DNA of 63,951 nt, counting the filler, from Licmophora abbreviata (Eukaryota): the NCBI GenBank assembly GCA_900291995.1. It is 16 parts of 16 records of this genome, joined end to end, with 100 filler letters (N's around TTAATTAATTAA, not from the genome) between each part and the next. Parts side by side here need not be neighbours in the genome. Positions count along the whole stretch, not along the records: positions 48,295 to 51,165 come from OLMU01003768.1; positions 51,266 to 53,161 come from OLMU01003769.1; positions 53,262 to 56,404 come from OLMU01003770.1; positions 56,505 to 59,068 come from OLMU01003771.1; positions 59,169 to 61,090 come from OLMU01003772.1; 11 more parts are not named here. One strand, 5' to 3'. Below are positions 49,666 to 59,341 of this stretch, piece after piece. The notes under the pieces were generated by a model, which made no database searches, was not told the DNA's origin, and worked only from the letters and a program-made list of their open reading frames with translations. A program made the position numbers and the translations under genes. Position 1 is the stretch's first letter. Every line of letters begins with the position of its first letter.

Positions 49666-50652
49666 TCACTCGACCGACAGGGCCATGTCCAGAAGCTCCT
49701 GACCGTCAGCCACTTCTTCGACGAAGGACTTGTAGGACGTCTCCTGCGCCAGCTTGCGCCATGCGTCGAAATCCTCGGGCGTCATGTTGCGGATCTCGAC
49801 ACCAGCTTTCTGGAACGCCTCGACCGACGCCGCGTCTTCCTTCTTGGCCTCTTCGAGATAATAAGCTTCCGCCTTTTCCGCCGCCGCCATCAGCGCGCTC
49901 TGTTGCGCCTCTGTCAGCCCCTCGAAGGTGCTCTTGTTCATCAAGAGCGGCTGATACATGAACCACAGCGCCACATCGCCTGCGGGCGTATAGCATGCGG
50001 CCTGCTCATAGATGCGGAAGCTGACGAAGGACGAGGACGAGGTGTTGACCGCTTCCAGAACGCCGCTCTGCATGGCGTTGTAGATTTCCGACGAGGCCAT
50101 CGACGCGATCGAGGCGCCGGCACCGGCCAGCATCTGCTCGAACGCCTTGCCGGCGGCGCGCATCTGCAGGCCCGCGACATCCTCGGGCGTGGTGATGCAC
50201 TTGTCCTTGCCGACGAAACCGCCCGCCAGATAGCCGTGCACCAGCACCATGACGTCATCTTCCGCCATCTTCTCTTCCAGCTTCTCCATAAAGGGGCTGT
50301 CGGACAGGCGCGCGGCGTGGTCGTGGTTCTTCACAAGGCCGGGCATCAGCGTAAGGTTGAAGGCCGGTTGCTGGCCGCCCGCATAGCTCAGCGGCAGAAC
50401 CGTCATATCCAGCTGGCCACGGCTCAGCGGCTGATACTGTTCGCGGGCCTTGAACAGCGACCCCGAGCTGAAGATCTTGATATCCAGATCGACACCGGCG
50501 GCGGCCACTTCATCGGCCACGATCTGCGCCACTTGGTGACGGATATCCTGATTCGACCACTGATGCGACAGGCGCAGTTCGGTTGCGTTGGCGAAAGCCG
50601 CCGACGACATCAGCGCCGCCGCCGCAACGGCGGTTTTAAGCATTTTTTTCAT
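49666..50652 (-). CDS. dctP: TRAP periplasmic binding protein (probably malonate)
   Basis: Signal peptide, PEDVAGLQMR and EIYNAMQSG; first gene of the mat operon. Confidence 0.9.
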   Translation of the reverse strand: MKKMLKTAVAAAALMSSAAFANATELRLSHQWSNQDIRHQVAQIVADEVAAAGVDLDIKIFSSGSLFKAREQYQPLSRGQLDMTVLPLSYAGGQQPAFNLTLMPGLVKNHDHAARLSDSPFMEKLEEKMAEDDVMVLVHGYLAGGFVGKDKCITTPEDVAGLQMRAAGKAFEQMLAGAGASIASMASSEIYNAMQSGVLEAVNTSSSSFVSFRIYEQAACYTPAGDVALWFMYQPLLMNKSTFEGLTEAQQSALMAAAEKAEAYYLEEAKKEDAASVEAFQKAGVEIRNMTPEDFDAWRKLAQETSYKSFVEEVADGQELLDMALSVE

Positions 50653-50735
50653 GGTATTCCTCCCAAAACATATCCCCGGCGCGACCGGGGGTGTCGGCGC
50701 AGATTACGTGTGCTGTGTTTTTCAAGTCAACAATT

Positions 50736-50745
50736 TTGTATACAA
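50736..50745. promoter_or_regulatory. GntR/MatR-type operator
   Basis: Perfect palindrome TTGTATACAA between the divergent dctP and gntR genes; matches the TTGTATAC-type MatR box. Confidence 0.75.
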
Positions 50746-50792
50746 GCTGGATCATATTGCATCGCAGGCATCAGGTGATACACTTCCTTTCC

Positions 50793-51529
50793 ATGGAAAC
50801 GCGCCGTGCAGATCAGATCGCAGTGCAGCTCGAAGAGCTGATATTCGACGGAACCTTCGTCGATGGCCAGCGGCTGGACGAGGTGCGCCTCGCCGAGCAT
50901 TTCGGCGTTTCCCGCACGCCACTTCGCGAAGCTCTTCAACGGCTTGCACTCTCCGGCATGGTCGAGATGATCCCCCGCCGTGGCGCCTTCGTCCGACAGC
51001 CCGGACCGGTCCAGCTGATGGAGATGTTCGAAGTCATGGCCGAGCTCGAGGCCGCCTGCGGCCGCCTCGCCGCCATGCGCATCACCGACAGCGCCCTCGG
51101 GGATCTGCGCGCCGCCAATGCCAAATGTCTCGCGGCGGTCGAGGCGCGCGATTCCGACAGCTACTNNNNNNNNNNNNNNNNNNNNNNNNNNNNNNNNNNN
51201 NNNNNNNNNTTAATTAATTAANNNNNNNNNNNNNNNNNNNNNNNNNNNNNNNNNNNNNNNNNNNNCATCGAATCATCTACCAGCAGTCCGGCAACGGCTT
51301 TCTCGAGCAGGAAACCTCCAAACTGCACAAGCGCCTGAAGCCCTTCCGCCGCAAGCAACTCCGTTTCCGGGGTCGCATGGCGCAGTCCATGGCCGAGCAC
51401 GAAGCGATCGTTTCAGCACTCGAAGATGGCGACGCCGCCCGCGCCGAAGACACCCTTCGCAAGCATGTCGCCGTTCAGGGCGAGAAGTTCCACATCCTGA
51501 TGGCCAGCCTCAAACGCGCCGCCGAATAG
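50793..51529 (+). CDS. matR: GntR/FCD regulator of the malonate operon (interrupted by gap)
   Basis: LAEHFGVSRTPLREAL HTH; FCD part HRIIYQQSGN...SMAEHEAIV after the gap. Confidence 0.82.
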
Positions 51530-51586
51530 GGCAGGGGCATCCCGGTCCGGGGTCGCGTCCGCACCCCTCGCCGCGCCGCGTCGCTG

Positions 51587-52963
51587 CTAAGTTGGAAACA
51601 GCGGCTCCCGAACGAACCGCTCCGGATCAAGCGCGAATTCATACAGCTTCAGCCCGTCCCATTGCGGCTTGTAATGCTTGAACAGCCGCTTCTTGCGGCG
51701 CGTGTCATATGTCACACTCAGCCCGTCCCGGTGCTCCTGTCCCGCGCCGAAGGTCAGTAGCGTGGTGATATTGGTCCTTCGGGCGGCCTCCATCATCGTC
51801 CGGTGCAGGAAAATATGCTCCAGATGCCCGTATTCCCCCACCGGGTTATGCGTGATGACGATGTCCGGCTCATAAAGGCGCAGCGTCGAAATCGCTGTTT
51901 CAAGCACTGTGGGATAAAGCCCGTGGCTCTCCAGCGGGCGCAGCAGCGATACAGGCGCCGCGCCATCCGTGTCGTCCTGCGCGATATACCGCCGCAGCCG
52001 CCGGTACGGCGCTTCCACCGCAAAGGGATACTGGGTGCAGGACACCCCCACTTCCGCACAAAGCCGCTGCATGGCGGCGATCCGTGTGTCGCTGTCCGCC
52101 CGCCCCTTCATGGGCCTGAAGAAACACGCGACATGGACCTCCGCCTTTCGAGCGATCTTGCTCAGCAGCCCGCCCGCGAACAACAGCTCGTCATCCTGAT
52201 GCGCCGTGCATAGCAGAACCCGCTTGCCCCTGAAATCCTTCAGCCGCACGCTCTGGGCCAGCACCGATGGTCCGATCTCGACAACCTTGAACGTCCGGTG
52301 CCGCATCGGCGGTAGATCCTCTTCGGGCACCTCCCGGGCCAGCCCGCAGTCGATCATCGCGCGGGTCGACGCCCTGACATTCCCGTTCTTGTAATCGCCC
52401 TGCATCAGGTAGCCGCACTCCGCCAGCGCGGGCCAGATGGCCGCCAGCTCCTCCATCCGGTTCAGCTTGCCGCCATCCAGATGGATCATGTCGACGGGTC
52501 CAAATACAGGCGCGCTCGCCACCTCTCGCAGCCCGTCGATGGCGTCCTGTTTGACGAAGCTGAACCGATCCGGAAACCGCTTGAGCAACCATTCCGTCGC
52601 CGCCGGCACGAAAATGTCGACACGCGGCCATGACGGTTTGGCCTGCACCGCAAGATCGATCCCTATCGCCTTCAGATCGGGGTTGGCGTGCAGCGCCAGC
52701 AAGACCGCATGCCCGCCCGCGATGCCCACCTCCACGAAACAGCGCGACCTCTGCGCCATCGCCACCAGCGCCTTGCGCTTGGGCTCCATCAGGCTCGACA
52801 GGGTCCCCTTGTTGAAATCCTCGTCCTTGTCCGAATAGCATACGTTGCCATTCATGATGACAGGCAATCCCGCGTCCGTCAGCGACTGCGCGATGACCGT
52901 GTTGAGCGCCTTCAGATCGCTCAGGAAGCCTTTTGATGTGATCAATTCATCATAACTTTGCAC
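51587..52963 (-). CDS. Fusion of a class I SAM methyltransferase-like domain and a PIG-L/LmbE N-deacetylase domain
   Basis: FVEVGIAGG, GIDL and DMIHLDG (MTase); TAHQDDE and ITHNPVGEYGHLEH (PIG-L). Start uncertain; GTG at 52963 follows GGGAG. Confidence 0.7.
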   Translation of the reverse strand: MQSYDELITSKGFLSDLKALNTVIAQSLTDAGLPVIMNGNVCYSDKDEDFNKGTLSSLMEPKRKALVAMAQRSRCFVEVGIAGGHAVLLALHANPDLKAIGIDLAVQAKPSWPRVDIFVPAATEWLLKRFPDRFSFVKQDAIDGLREVASAPVFGPVDMIHLDGGKLNRMEELAAIWPALAECGYLMQGDYKNGNVRASTRAMIDCGLAREVPEEDLPPMRHRTFKVVEIGPSVLAQSVRLKDFRGKRVLLCTAHQDDELLFAGGLLSKIARKAEVHVACFFRPMKGRADSDTRIAAMQRLCAEVGVSCTQYPFAVEAPYRRLRRYIAQDDTDGAAPVSLLRPLESHGLYPTVLETAISTLRLYEPDIVITHNPVGEYGHLEHIFLHRTMMEAARRTNITTLLTFGAGQEHRDGLSVTYDTRRKKRLFKHYKPQWDGLKLYEFALDPERFVREPLFPT

Positions 52964-53261
52964 TGCCAAACACTCCCGACAGGCCATCCTCATGAACACC
53001 GGATATCGGATCGCATTGTGCCGCGCTCCAAGCTCCGCTGAGGCACAGAATCACATCCCCTCGAGCGCGCCAAGTCAAAGGCAATCGCGCGACGGATTTT
53101 TTTCCCGCCGTGTCCCGCCTGCCTCCAATCGCGCGACCGCGCCCCTGCGGCCTTGCAAACGNNNNNNNNNNNNNNNNNNNNNNNNNNNNNNNNNNNNNNN
53201 NNNNNTTAATTAATTAANNNNNNNNNNNNNNNNNNNNNNNNNNNNNNNNNNNNNNNNNNNN

Positions 53262-54229
53262 TAGACCGCCGTGCTGGTCTGCGTGTCGGGAATGAAGATG
53301 CCCATCCGTGCGGTATCCTCGTCCAGCGGCACGCCGCTCACGGCGGGGTATTCGTTGTTCTGACCGGCGAAATGCGCCTGCGCGAAATCGCTGGTGAAGA
53401 ACTCCAGCAGCTGGTCGGCCTCGTCCGAGTTCGGTGCGTTCGCGGCCTTGGCTGCGGTCGACAGGTTCACATGCGCGCCCCGGTCGCCCTGGTTCGGCCA
53501 GACAAAGCCCAGATTATCCAGACCCGAGGTCAGCCCCTCGACCTCACCCTCGAAGCCGCGCAGATAGTAATACTGGTTCGACACCGCGATATCGCATTCG
53601 CCCGACACGATGCCGCGCAGCTGGTCGGTGTCGCCGCCCTGCGGGGGGCGCGCCATGTTCGCCAGAACGCCCGATGCCCAGTCCCGTGCCGCCTCTTCGC
53701 CATGGACCTCAATCAACCCGGCAAGCAGCGACAGGTTGTAGATGTTCGAACCCGAGCGGATGCAGATCGTGTCTTTCCACTTGGGATCGGCCAGCTCTTC
53801 ATAGGTGCGCGGCGGGTTGTCCACACGGTCCTTGGCATAGAAGATGATCCGCGCGCGCTGCGATACGCCGAACCACATGTTGTCCGGATCGCGCAGATGC
53901 GGGGGAATGCGCTCTTCGATCACGTCCGAGTTGAACGCCTGCAGCACGCCTGCGTCTTCGGCGCGGCTCGCACGGCCCACATCCACGGTCAGGAATACAT
54001 CGGCGGGGCTGTTGTCGCCCTCGGCCTGCATCCGGGCGATCAGCTCGTCGGCCTTGGCCTCGATGCGGTTGACCGTGATGCCGGTGCGATCGGTGAACTC
54101 CTGATACAGCGCGTCGTCGGTGTCATAGTGACGGCTGGAATACACGTTGACCTCTTGCGCCAGCGCCGGAAATGCGGTGGCCGAAAGCGCAATCGCTGCG
54201 ATCAGGCTGCGGGAGGGGGATAGCGTCAT
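53262..54229 (-). CDS. futA: Fe(III) ABC transporter binding protein (FutA/FbpA), 3' end lost in gap
   Basis: VNVYSSRHY, SPADV..TVD, IYNLSL, GGDTDQ, NQYYY (Tyr ligands) and NNEYP motifs. Confidence 0.88.
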
Positions 54230-54250
54230 GAGTCTCTGCCCTTCAGATAA

Positions 54251-54300
54251 CTGAGTGAATTTGTAAGACATTCCTATCTATTTCCGACAAAAACAGTCAA
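54251..54300. promoter_or_regulatory. Two IscR/Iron-Rhodo-box-like sites upstream of futA
   Basis: CTGAG-N7-GTAAG (54251-54267) and CCGAC-N7-GTCAA (54284-54300) compared with the TGAC-N7-GTCA consensus. Confidence 0.55.
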
Positions 54301-54356
54301 TAGAAAATCCACCCCCGGGAAAAACTTTTCCCAGGGGTCTGATTTATCTTTTGAAA

Positions 54357-55163
54357 TCAGGATTTTGCGCTCAGACGCCCAAGGGCGGTGGCGCCCGTCG
54401 TCAGCGCAAAGATCACCGCAGCCACGCAAACGATCGTCGGCCCCGTGGGGGTATCCAGCACGAAAGACCCCTGCACGCCGCCAAGCGCGGCCAGCGCCGC
54501 CAGCCCCACCGCGATCAGCGCCATCCGCTCGGGCGTGGCCGCCAGCGGGCGCGCGGCGGCGGCCGGCACGATCAGCATCGCCGCGATCAAAAGCACGCCC
54601 ACCACCTTGATCGCCACCGCCACCACCACCGCCAGCGCCAGTGTCAGGCCCAGTTGCTCGCGGCGCGGATCGATCCCGCTAGCCTTTGCAAGATCGGGGC
54701 TCAGCGTCGCGGTCAACAGCGCCTGCCAGCGCCATGCCAGCAGCGCCACAACCGCCGCCGCCCCGCCCCAGATCACCGCCAGATCGGCCTTGCCCACCGC
54801 CAGGATATCGCCAAAGAGGTATCCCATCAGGTCGATCCGCACGCCCTGAAGGAACGACACCGCCACCAGCCCGAAGGCCAGCGCCGAATGGGCCATCACC
54901 CCCAGCAGGGTGTCCATCGCCATGCCGCGCCCCGACAGGCTCGACACCGCCGCCGCCATGATAAGTGCCACAACCAGCGCGCCGGTGAACACCGATATCC
55001 CGAAGGCCAGCGCCAGCGCCACGCCAAGGATCGACGCATGCGCCGTGGCATCCCCGAAATACGCCATCCGCCGCCAGACCACGAAACAGCCAAGCGGCGC
55101 CGCCGCCAGCGCCACGCCCAGACCCGCCAGCATGGCGCGAATCAGAAAATCGTCCAGCATCAT
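54357..55163 (-). CDS. znuB: Zinc ABC transporter permease
   Basis: GCFVVWRRMAYFGD..AH, YLFGDIL and PAAAAR motifs. Confidence 0.93.
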   Translation of the reverse strand: MMLDDFLIRAMLAGLGVALAAAPLGCFVVWRRMAYFGDATAHASILGVALALAFGISVFTGALVVALIMAAAVSSLSGRGMAMDTLLGVMAHSALAFGLVAVSFLQGVRIDLMGYLFGDILAVGKADLAVIWGGAAAVVALLAWRWQALLTATLSPDLAKASGIDPRREQLGLTLALAVVVAVAIKVVGVLLIAAMLIVPAAAARPLAATPERMALIAVGLAALAALGGVQGSFVLDTPTGPTIVCVAAVIFALTTGATALGRLSAKS

Positions 55164-55957
55164 CGCGCGGCCTCGTGCGTGTGTTGACGCTCATGCTCAT
55201 GGTCATGCACATGGCCATGGCCGTGCCCGTCCCCATGGGTGCAGCCGTGGTCATGCTCGTGATCGTGGTCGTGCCGATACAGCGCCAGCGCCCCCCGCGT
55301 GCCGGTGCCGAACAGCGCGCGGTATTCCTCGGCCTGCGCCACCATCTCGGGCTTGCCCTCGCAGCACACATGCCCGTTCAGACAGATCACCCTGTCGCTC
55401 GCGCTCATCACCACATGCAACTCGTGACTGACCATAAGCACCGCACAGCCCAGATCCCGCCGCACCTCTTCGATCCGACGATAGAAGGCCGCCGATCCCG
55501 GCTGATCCAGCCCCTGCGTCGCCTCGTCCAGCAACAGAAGATCCGGCATCTCCATCAAGGCCCGCGCCAGCAGCACCCGCTGGAACTGCCCCCCCGACAG
55601 ATCGCCCATCTGCCGTTCCGCCAGATCGGGCAATCCCGCCTGCTCCAGCGCCATGCGCACCGCTGCCCTTTCGTGCCGACGCGGCAGGTTCAGGAACCGC
55701 CCCACGGTCATAGGCAGCGTCGGGTCGATATGCAGCTTTTGCGGCACATAGCCGATCCTCAGCCCCTGCGCGCGCTCCACCTTGCCCGCGCTTGGCGCCA
55801 CCGCCCCGATCAGCGCGCGCAGCAATGTCGATTTGCCCGATCCGTTCGGGCCGACGATGGTGACGATCTCGCCCCGGTCGATGGCGACATCGACATGGCT
55901 CAGGATCTGTGTCCGCCCGATCCGCACGCTCAGACCCTCGGTCCGGATCAGGCTCAT
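55160..55957 (-). CDS. znuC: Zinc ABC transporter ATPase with His-rich tail
   Basis: GPNGSGKST, YVPQK, LSGGQFQR, SHELHVV and HVCCEG; start MSLIRT at 55957. Confidence 0.93.
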   Translation of the reverse strand: MSLIRTEGLSVRIGRTQILSHVDVAIDRGEIVTIVGPNGSGKSTLLRALIGAVAPSAGKVERAQGLRIGYVPQKLHIDPTLPMTVGRFLNLPRRHERAAVRMALEQAGLPDLAERQMGDLSGGQFQRVLLARALMEMPDLLLLDEATQGLDQPGSAAFYRRIEEVRRDLGCAVLMVSHELHVVMSASDRVICLNGHVCCEGKPEMVAQAEEYRALFGTGTRGALALYRHDHDHEHDHGCTHGDGHGHGHVHDHEHERQHTHEAAR

Positions 55958-56404
55958 GCCGCCTCCGCCTCTGTGCAGGCCGGGCACAGGCCCACAGCCT
56001 CGATCACCGCCTGTTCGATCTGGAACCCCGTGTCCTGCAGCGCGCGCCCCAAAAGGCCGCTTGCAGGGTCCGCATGGGTTTCGGCAACGGCATCGCATTT
56101 GCGACAGATCAGGAAAGCCGGGGTATGGGTCTCATTGGGATGGGTGCAGGCGATAAAGGCATTCATCCGTTCGATCTTGTGGGCAAAGCCGTGGCTCACC
56201 AGAAAATCCAGCGCGCGATAGGCCACGGGCGGTTGCGATCCGATGCCCTCTTCGCGCAGCACATCAAGGATTTCATAGGCACCCATCGCCCGATGCCGTT
56301 CGAGCAGCAATTCCAGCACCCGCCGCCGCACCGGCGTGAATTGCAGGCCCCGTTCCGCGCAAGCGGTTTCCACCGCAACCAGACCATCCCGGATGCATCC
56401 TTTG
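55954..56404 (-). CDS. zur: Zinc uptake regulator (5' end lost in gap)
   Basis: TPVRRRVL, GAYEIL, PPVAYRALDFL, LICRKC and GLCPAC motifs. Confidence 0.9.
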
Positions 56405-56535
56405 NNNNNNNNNNNNNNNNNNNNNNNNNNNNNNNNNNNNNNNNNNNNTTAATTAATTAANNNNNNNNNNNNNNNNNNNNNNNNNNNNNNNNNNNNNNNN
56501 NNNNGTTATAAAATTACCATTATCAAGCCGCTCAA

Positions 56536-56552
56536 ATGTTATACTATCACAT
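56536..56552. promoter_or_regulatory. Zur box
   Basis: ATGTTATACTATCACAT compared with the TGTTATAnTATAACA consensus; a partial second site GTTATAAAATTAC starts at 56505. Confidence 0.8.
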
Positions 56553-56562
56553 GGAGAGCCTC

Positions 56563-57675
56563 ATGCGCCTAGCGTCCCCCGTTCTTGCCGCCTTGTGTCT
56601 TGCGATCACCGGGGCGGCCCATGCCGACGCGCCGCGCGTCGTGGCCGATATCGCCCCGGTCCAGTCGCTTGTCGCCCGTGTGATGGACGGGGCAGGGGCG
56701 CCCGAGCTGTTGATCCGCCCCGATGCCTCGCCGCACGCCTATGCGATGCGCCCCTCCGAGGCGCGGGCGCTCGAGCAGGCCGATCTGGTGGTCTGGATGG
56801 GGCCGGGGCTGACGCCCTGGATGAGCGATGCGATCGGCACTCTGGCCGAGGATGCGGCGCATCTGACGCTGCTCACCGCGCCTGAAACGCTGGTGTTGCC
56901 GGGCCGCATCGATCCCCGCTTCGCCGCGCACGATCATGGCCACGACCATGGCCACGGTCACGGCGATGACCACGACCACGACAAGGCCAAGCACGACGAT
57001 CACGCTGGCCACGATCACGCAGGCCACGATCACGCAGGCCACGACCACGACGATCACAAGCACGACGACCACGCGGGCCACGACCACGACGACCACAAGC
57101 ACGATGATCACGCGGACCAGGGCCACAGCCACGACACTCATGATCACGCCCATGCCGGTCCCGACCCCCATGCATGGCTCGATCCGGTCAACGCCGTCGC
57201 CTGGCTCGGGCTCATCGCCCGTGACCTGTCGGCACTCGACCCCGACAATGCCGATCTCTATGCCGCCAACGCCAAGGCCGCACAGGCCGAACTGACCGCC
57301 CTTTCCGACCAGATCGCCGGTGATCTGGCACCCTTGGCCGATCGCCCCTTTCTGGTCTTTCACGACGCCTACCAGTATTTCGAGGCCCGCTTCGGCGTGA
57401 CCGCCGCCGGTGCCGTGTCGATCAGCGACGCCTCCGAACCCGGTCCCGCCCGGCTGGCCGATCTGCGTGCGCTCGTCTCGGAGCAGGATGTCGCCTGCAT
57501 CTTCGCCGAGCCGCAATTCAACACCGCGATCCTCGCATCGGTCTTCGGCGACGCGCTCCGCATCGGTCAGCTTGACCCGATCGGCGTCGATCACGCGGCC
57601 GGTCCCGGTCTCTACCCGGCCATCCTGCGTGGCATGGCCGACGCCATGACCGAGTGCCTGTCGCCGCAGGGCTGA
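56563..57675 (+). CDS. znuA: Zinc ABC transporter periplasmic binding protein with long His/Asp loop
   Basis: ASPHAY, DPHAWLDP, FHDAYQYFE and CIFAEPQF motifs; 75-aa His-rich insertion. Confidence 0.94.
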   Translation: MRLASPVLAALCLAITGAAHADAPRVVADIAPVQSLVARVMDGAGAPELLIRPDASPHAYAMRPSEARALEQADLVVWMGPGLTPWMSDAIGTLAEDAAHLTLLTAPETLVLPGRIDPRFAAHDHGHDHGHGHGDDHDHDKAKHDDHAGHDHAGHDHAGHDHDDHKHDDHAGHDHDDHKHDDHADQGHSHDTHDHAHAGPDPHAWLDPVNAVAWLGLIARDLSALDPDNADLYAANAKAAQAELTALSDQIAGDLAPLADRPFLVFHDAYQYFEARFGVTAAGAVSISDASEPGPARLADLRALVSEQDVACIFAEPQFNTAILASVFGDALRIGQLDPIGVDHAAGPGLYPAILRGMADAMTECLSPQG

Positions 57676-57684
57676 ACCAGTTCC

Positions 57685-57711
57685 ATGGGGCGGCCCATCC
57701 CGCCGCCCCAT
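57685..57711 (+). terminator. Stem-loop after znuA
   Basis: ATGGGGCGGC-N7-GCCGCCCCAT. Confidence 0.55.
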
Positions 57712-57820
57712 CCGCTAAAAACGCAGCGTCAATCTTGCGCTGCATCGCAAACCCCACCATCTTCCCCCCGAGGAGACTGCAACGCCCATCAGAGGTCGTG
57801 TGTAAAGGGGAGGATCGTAA

Positions 57821-59228
57821 ATGACTTTTGCCTCAAGGCAGGATGCGCTCGACATCCAGAATGAAATACCATGGGCCGAGCGGGATCGCCCCGGCTCGCT
57901 CTACCAGATGCTGCGCACCACGGTGGATGCCTTCCCCGACCGGCCCGCGATCAGCTATCAGCTGATGTCCGGCGCTTCCGATCCGGCCCAGACCATGACC
58001 TGGCAACAATTCCACGAACAGGTCTGCCGCGCCGCCAATCTCTTCCGCAGCCTCAAGATCAACGAAGGCGATGTCGTCGCCCTCATCATGCCCAATACGC
58101 TGGAAACGGCGGTCGCCACCATCGGTGCGGCCATCGCGGGCATCGTCAACCCGATCAACCCGCTGCTCGAACCCGAACAGATCGCCGCCATCCTGCGGGA
58201 AACCGACGCCCGTGTCGTCGTCACCCTGCGGGCCTTCCCCAAGACCGACATTGCCCAGAAAACCGCCGAGGCCGTGCGCCATGCGCCGCGCGTCCATACC
58301 GTGCTCGAGGTCGATCTCAACCGCTACCTCACCCCGCCGAAAAGCTGGATCGTCCCTCTGATCCGGCCCAAGAACCCCGGCAATCATCATGCCGATGTCA
58401 AATGCTTCACCCGCGAAATGGCGGCCCAAAGCATCACGCTGAAATTCGACGATCCCGGCACCGACCGCGTCGCCGCCTATTTCCATACCGGCGGTACCAC
58501 CGGCATGCCAAAGGTCGCGCAGCACCGCTATGCGGGCATGATCTATAACGGCTGGCTTGGGCATCGGCTTCTGTTCACCGAACAGGACAGCGTGATGTGC
58601 CCGCTGCCGCTGTTTCATGTCTTCGCCTGCCACGTCATCCTGATGGCGATGATCAAATCCGGCGCGCATGTGGTCTTCCCGACGCCCGCGGGCTATCGCG
58701 GCGAGGGGGTGTTCGACAATTTCTGGAAACTCTGTGAACGCTGGAAAACCACCTTCGTCATCACCGTGCCGACCGCCGTCTCGGCGCTGATGCAGCGCAA
58801 GGTCGATGCCGATGTCTCATCGGTCAAGAACGCGTTTTCCGGCTCGGCCCCGATGCCGCTCGAACTGTTCAAGCGTTTCGAATCCGCGACCGGCATGACC
58901 GTGATCGAAGGCTACGGCCTGACCGAAGCCACCTGCCTTGTGTCCTGCAACCCGCCCGAAGGCGCCAAGAAAGTGGGCTCCGTCGGCGTGCCCTTCCCCT
59001 ATACCGATGTGCGCATCTACAAGACCGACGCCTCGGGCGCGCCTGTCGAATGCGCGACCGATGAAGTGNNNNNNNNNNNNNNNNNNNNNNNNNNNNNNNN
59101 NNNNNNNNNNNNTTAATTAATTAANNNNNNNNNNNNNNNNNNNNNNNNNNNNNNNNNNNNNNNNNNNNCTGGGGCAGTTCACCCGGCCTTGGGAATGGGC
59201 CGACGCGGCTCAGGACGAAGCCGCCTGA
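57821..59228 (+). CDS. Acyl-CoA synthetase (interrupted by gap; probable C-terminus at 59169-59228)
   Basis: FHTGGTTGMPK, PLPLFHVFA and EGYGLTEAT; LGQFTRPWEWADAAQDEAA* follows the gap. Confidence 0.85.
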
Positions 59229-59232
59229 CACC

Positions 59233-59284
59233 GGCCTCAGAAACTGGCCTCAGAAACTGGCCTCAGAAACCGGCCTCGAACACA
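59233..59284. repeat. 13-bp tandem repeat (about four units)
   Basis: GGCCTCAGAAACT x2, GGCCTCAGAAACC, GGCCTCGAACACA. Confidence 0.85.
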
Positions 59285-59295
59285 GGCTTTTGACC

Positions 59296-59338
59296 CCGCC
59301 GCCGCGCCTCATATGGGCACGGCGGCGGTTTCATTTTT
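59296..59338. terminator. Terminator between the convergent acyl-CoA synthetase and leuA genes
   Basis: CCGCCGCCG...CGGCGGCGG stem followed by TTTCATTTTT. Confidence 0.7.
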
Positions 59339-59341
59339 CGA

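Noticed and set aside
59233..59284. 13-bp repeats as a mini CRISPR array
   Set aside because: No spacers, the unit is too short, and no cas genes are present.
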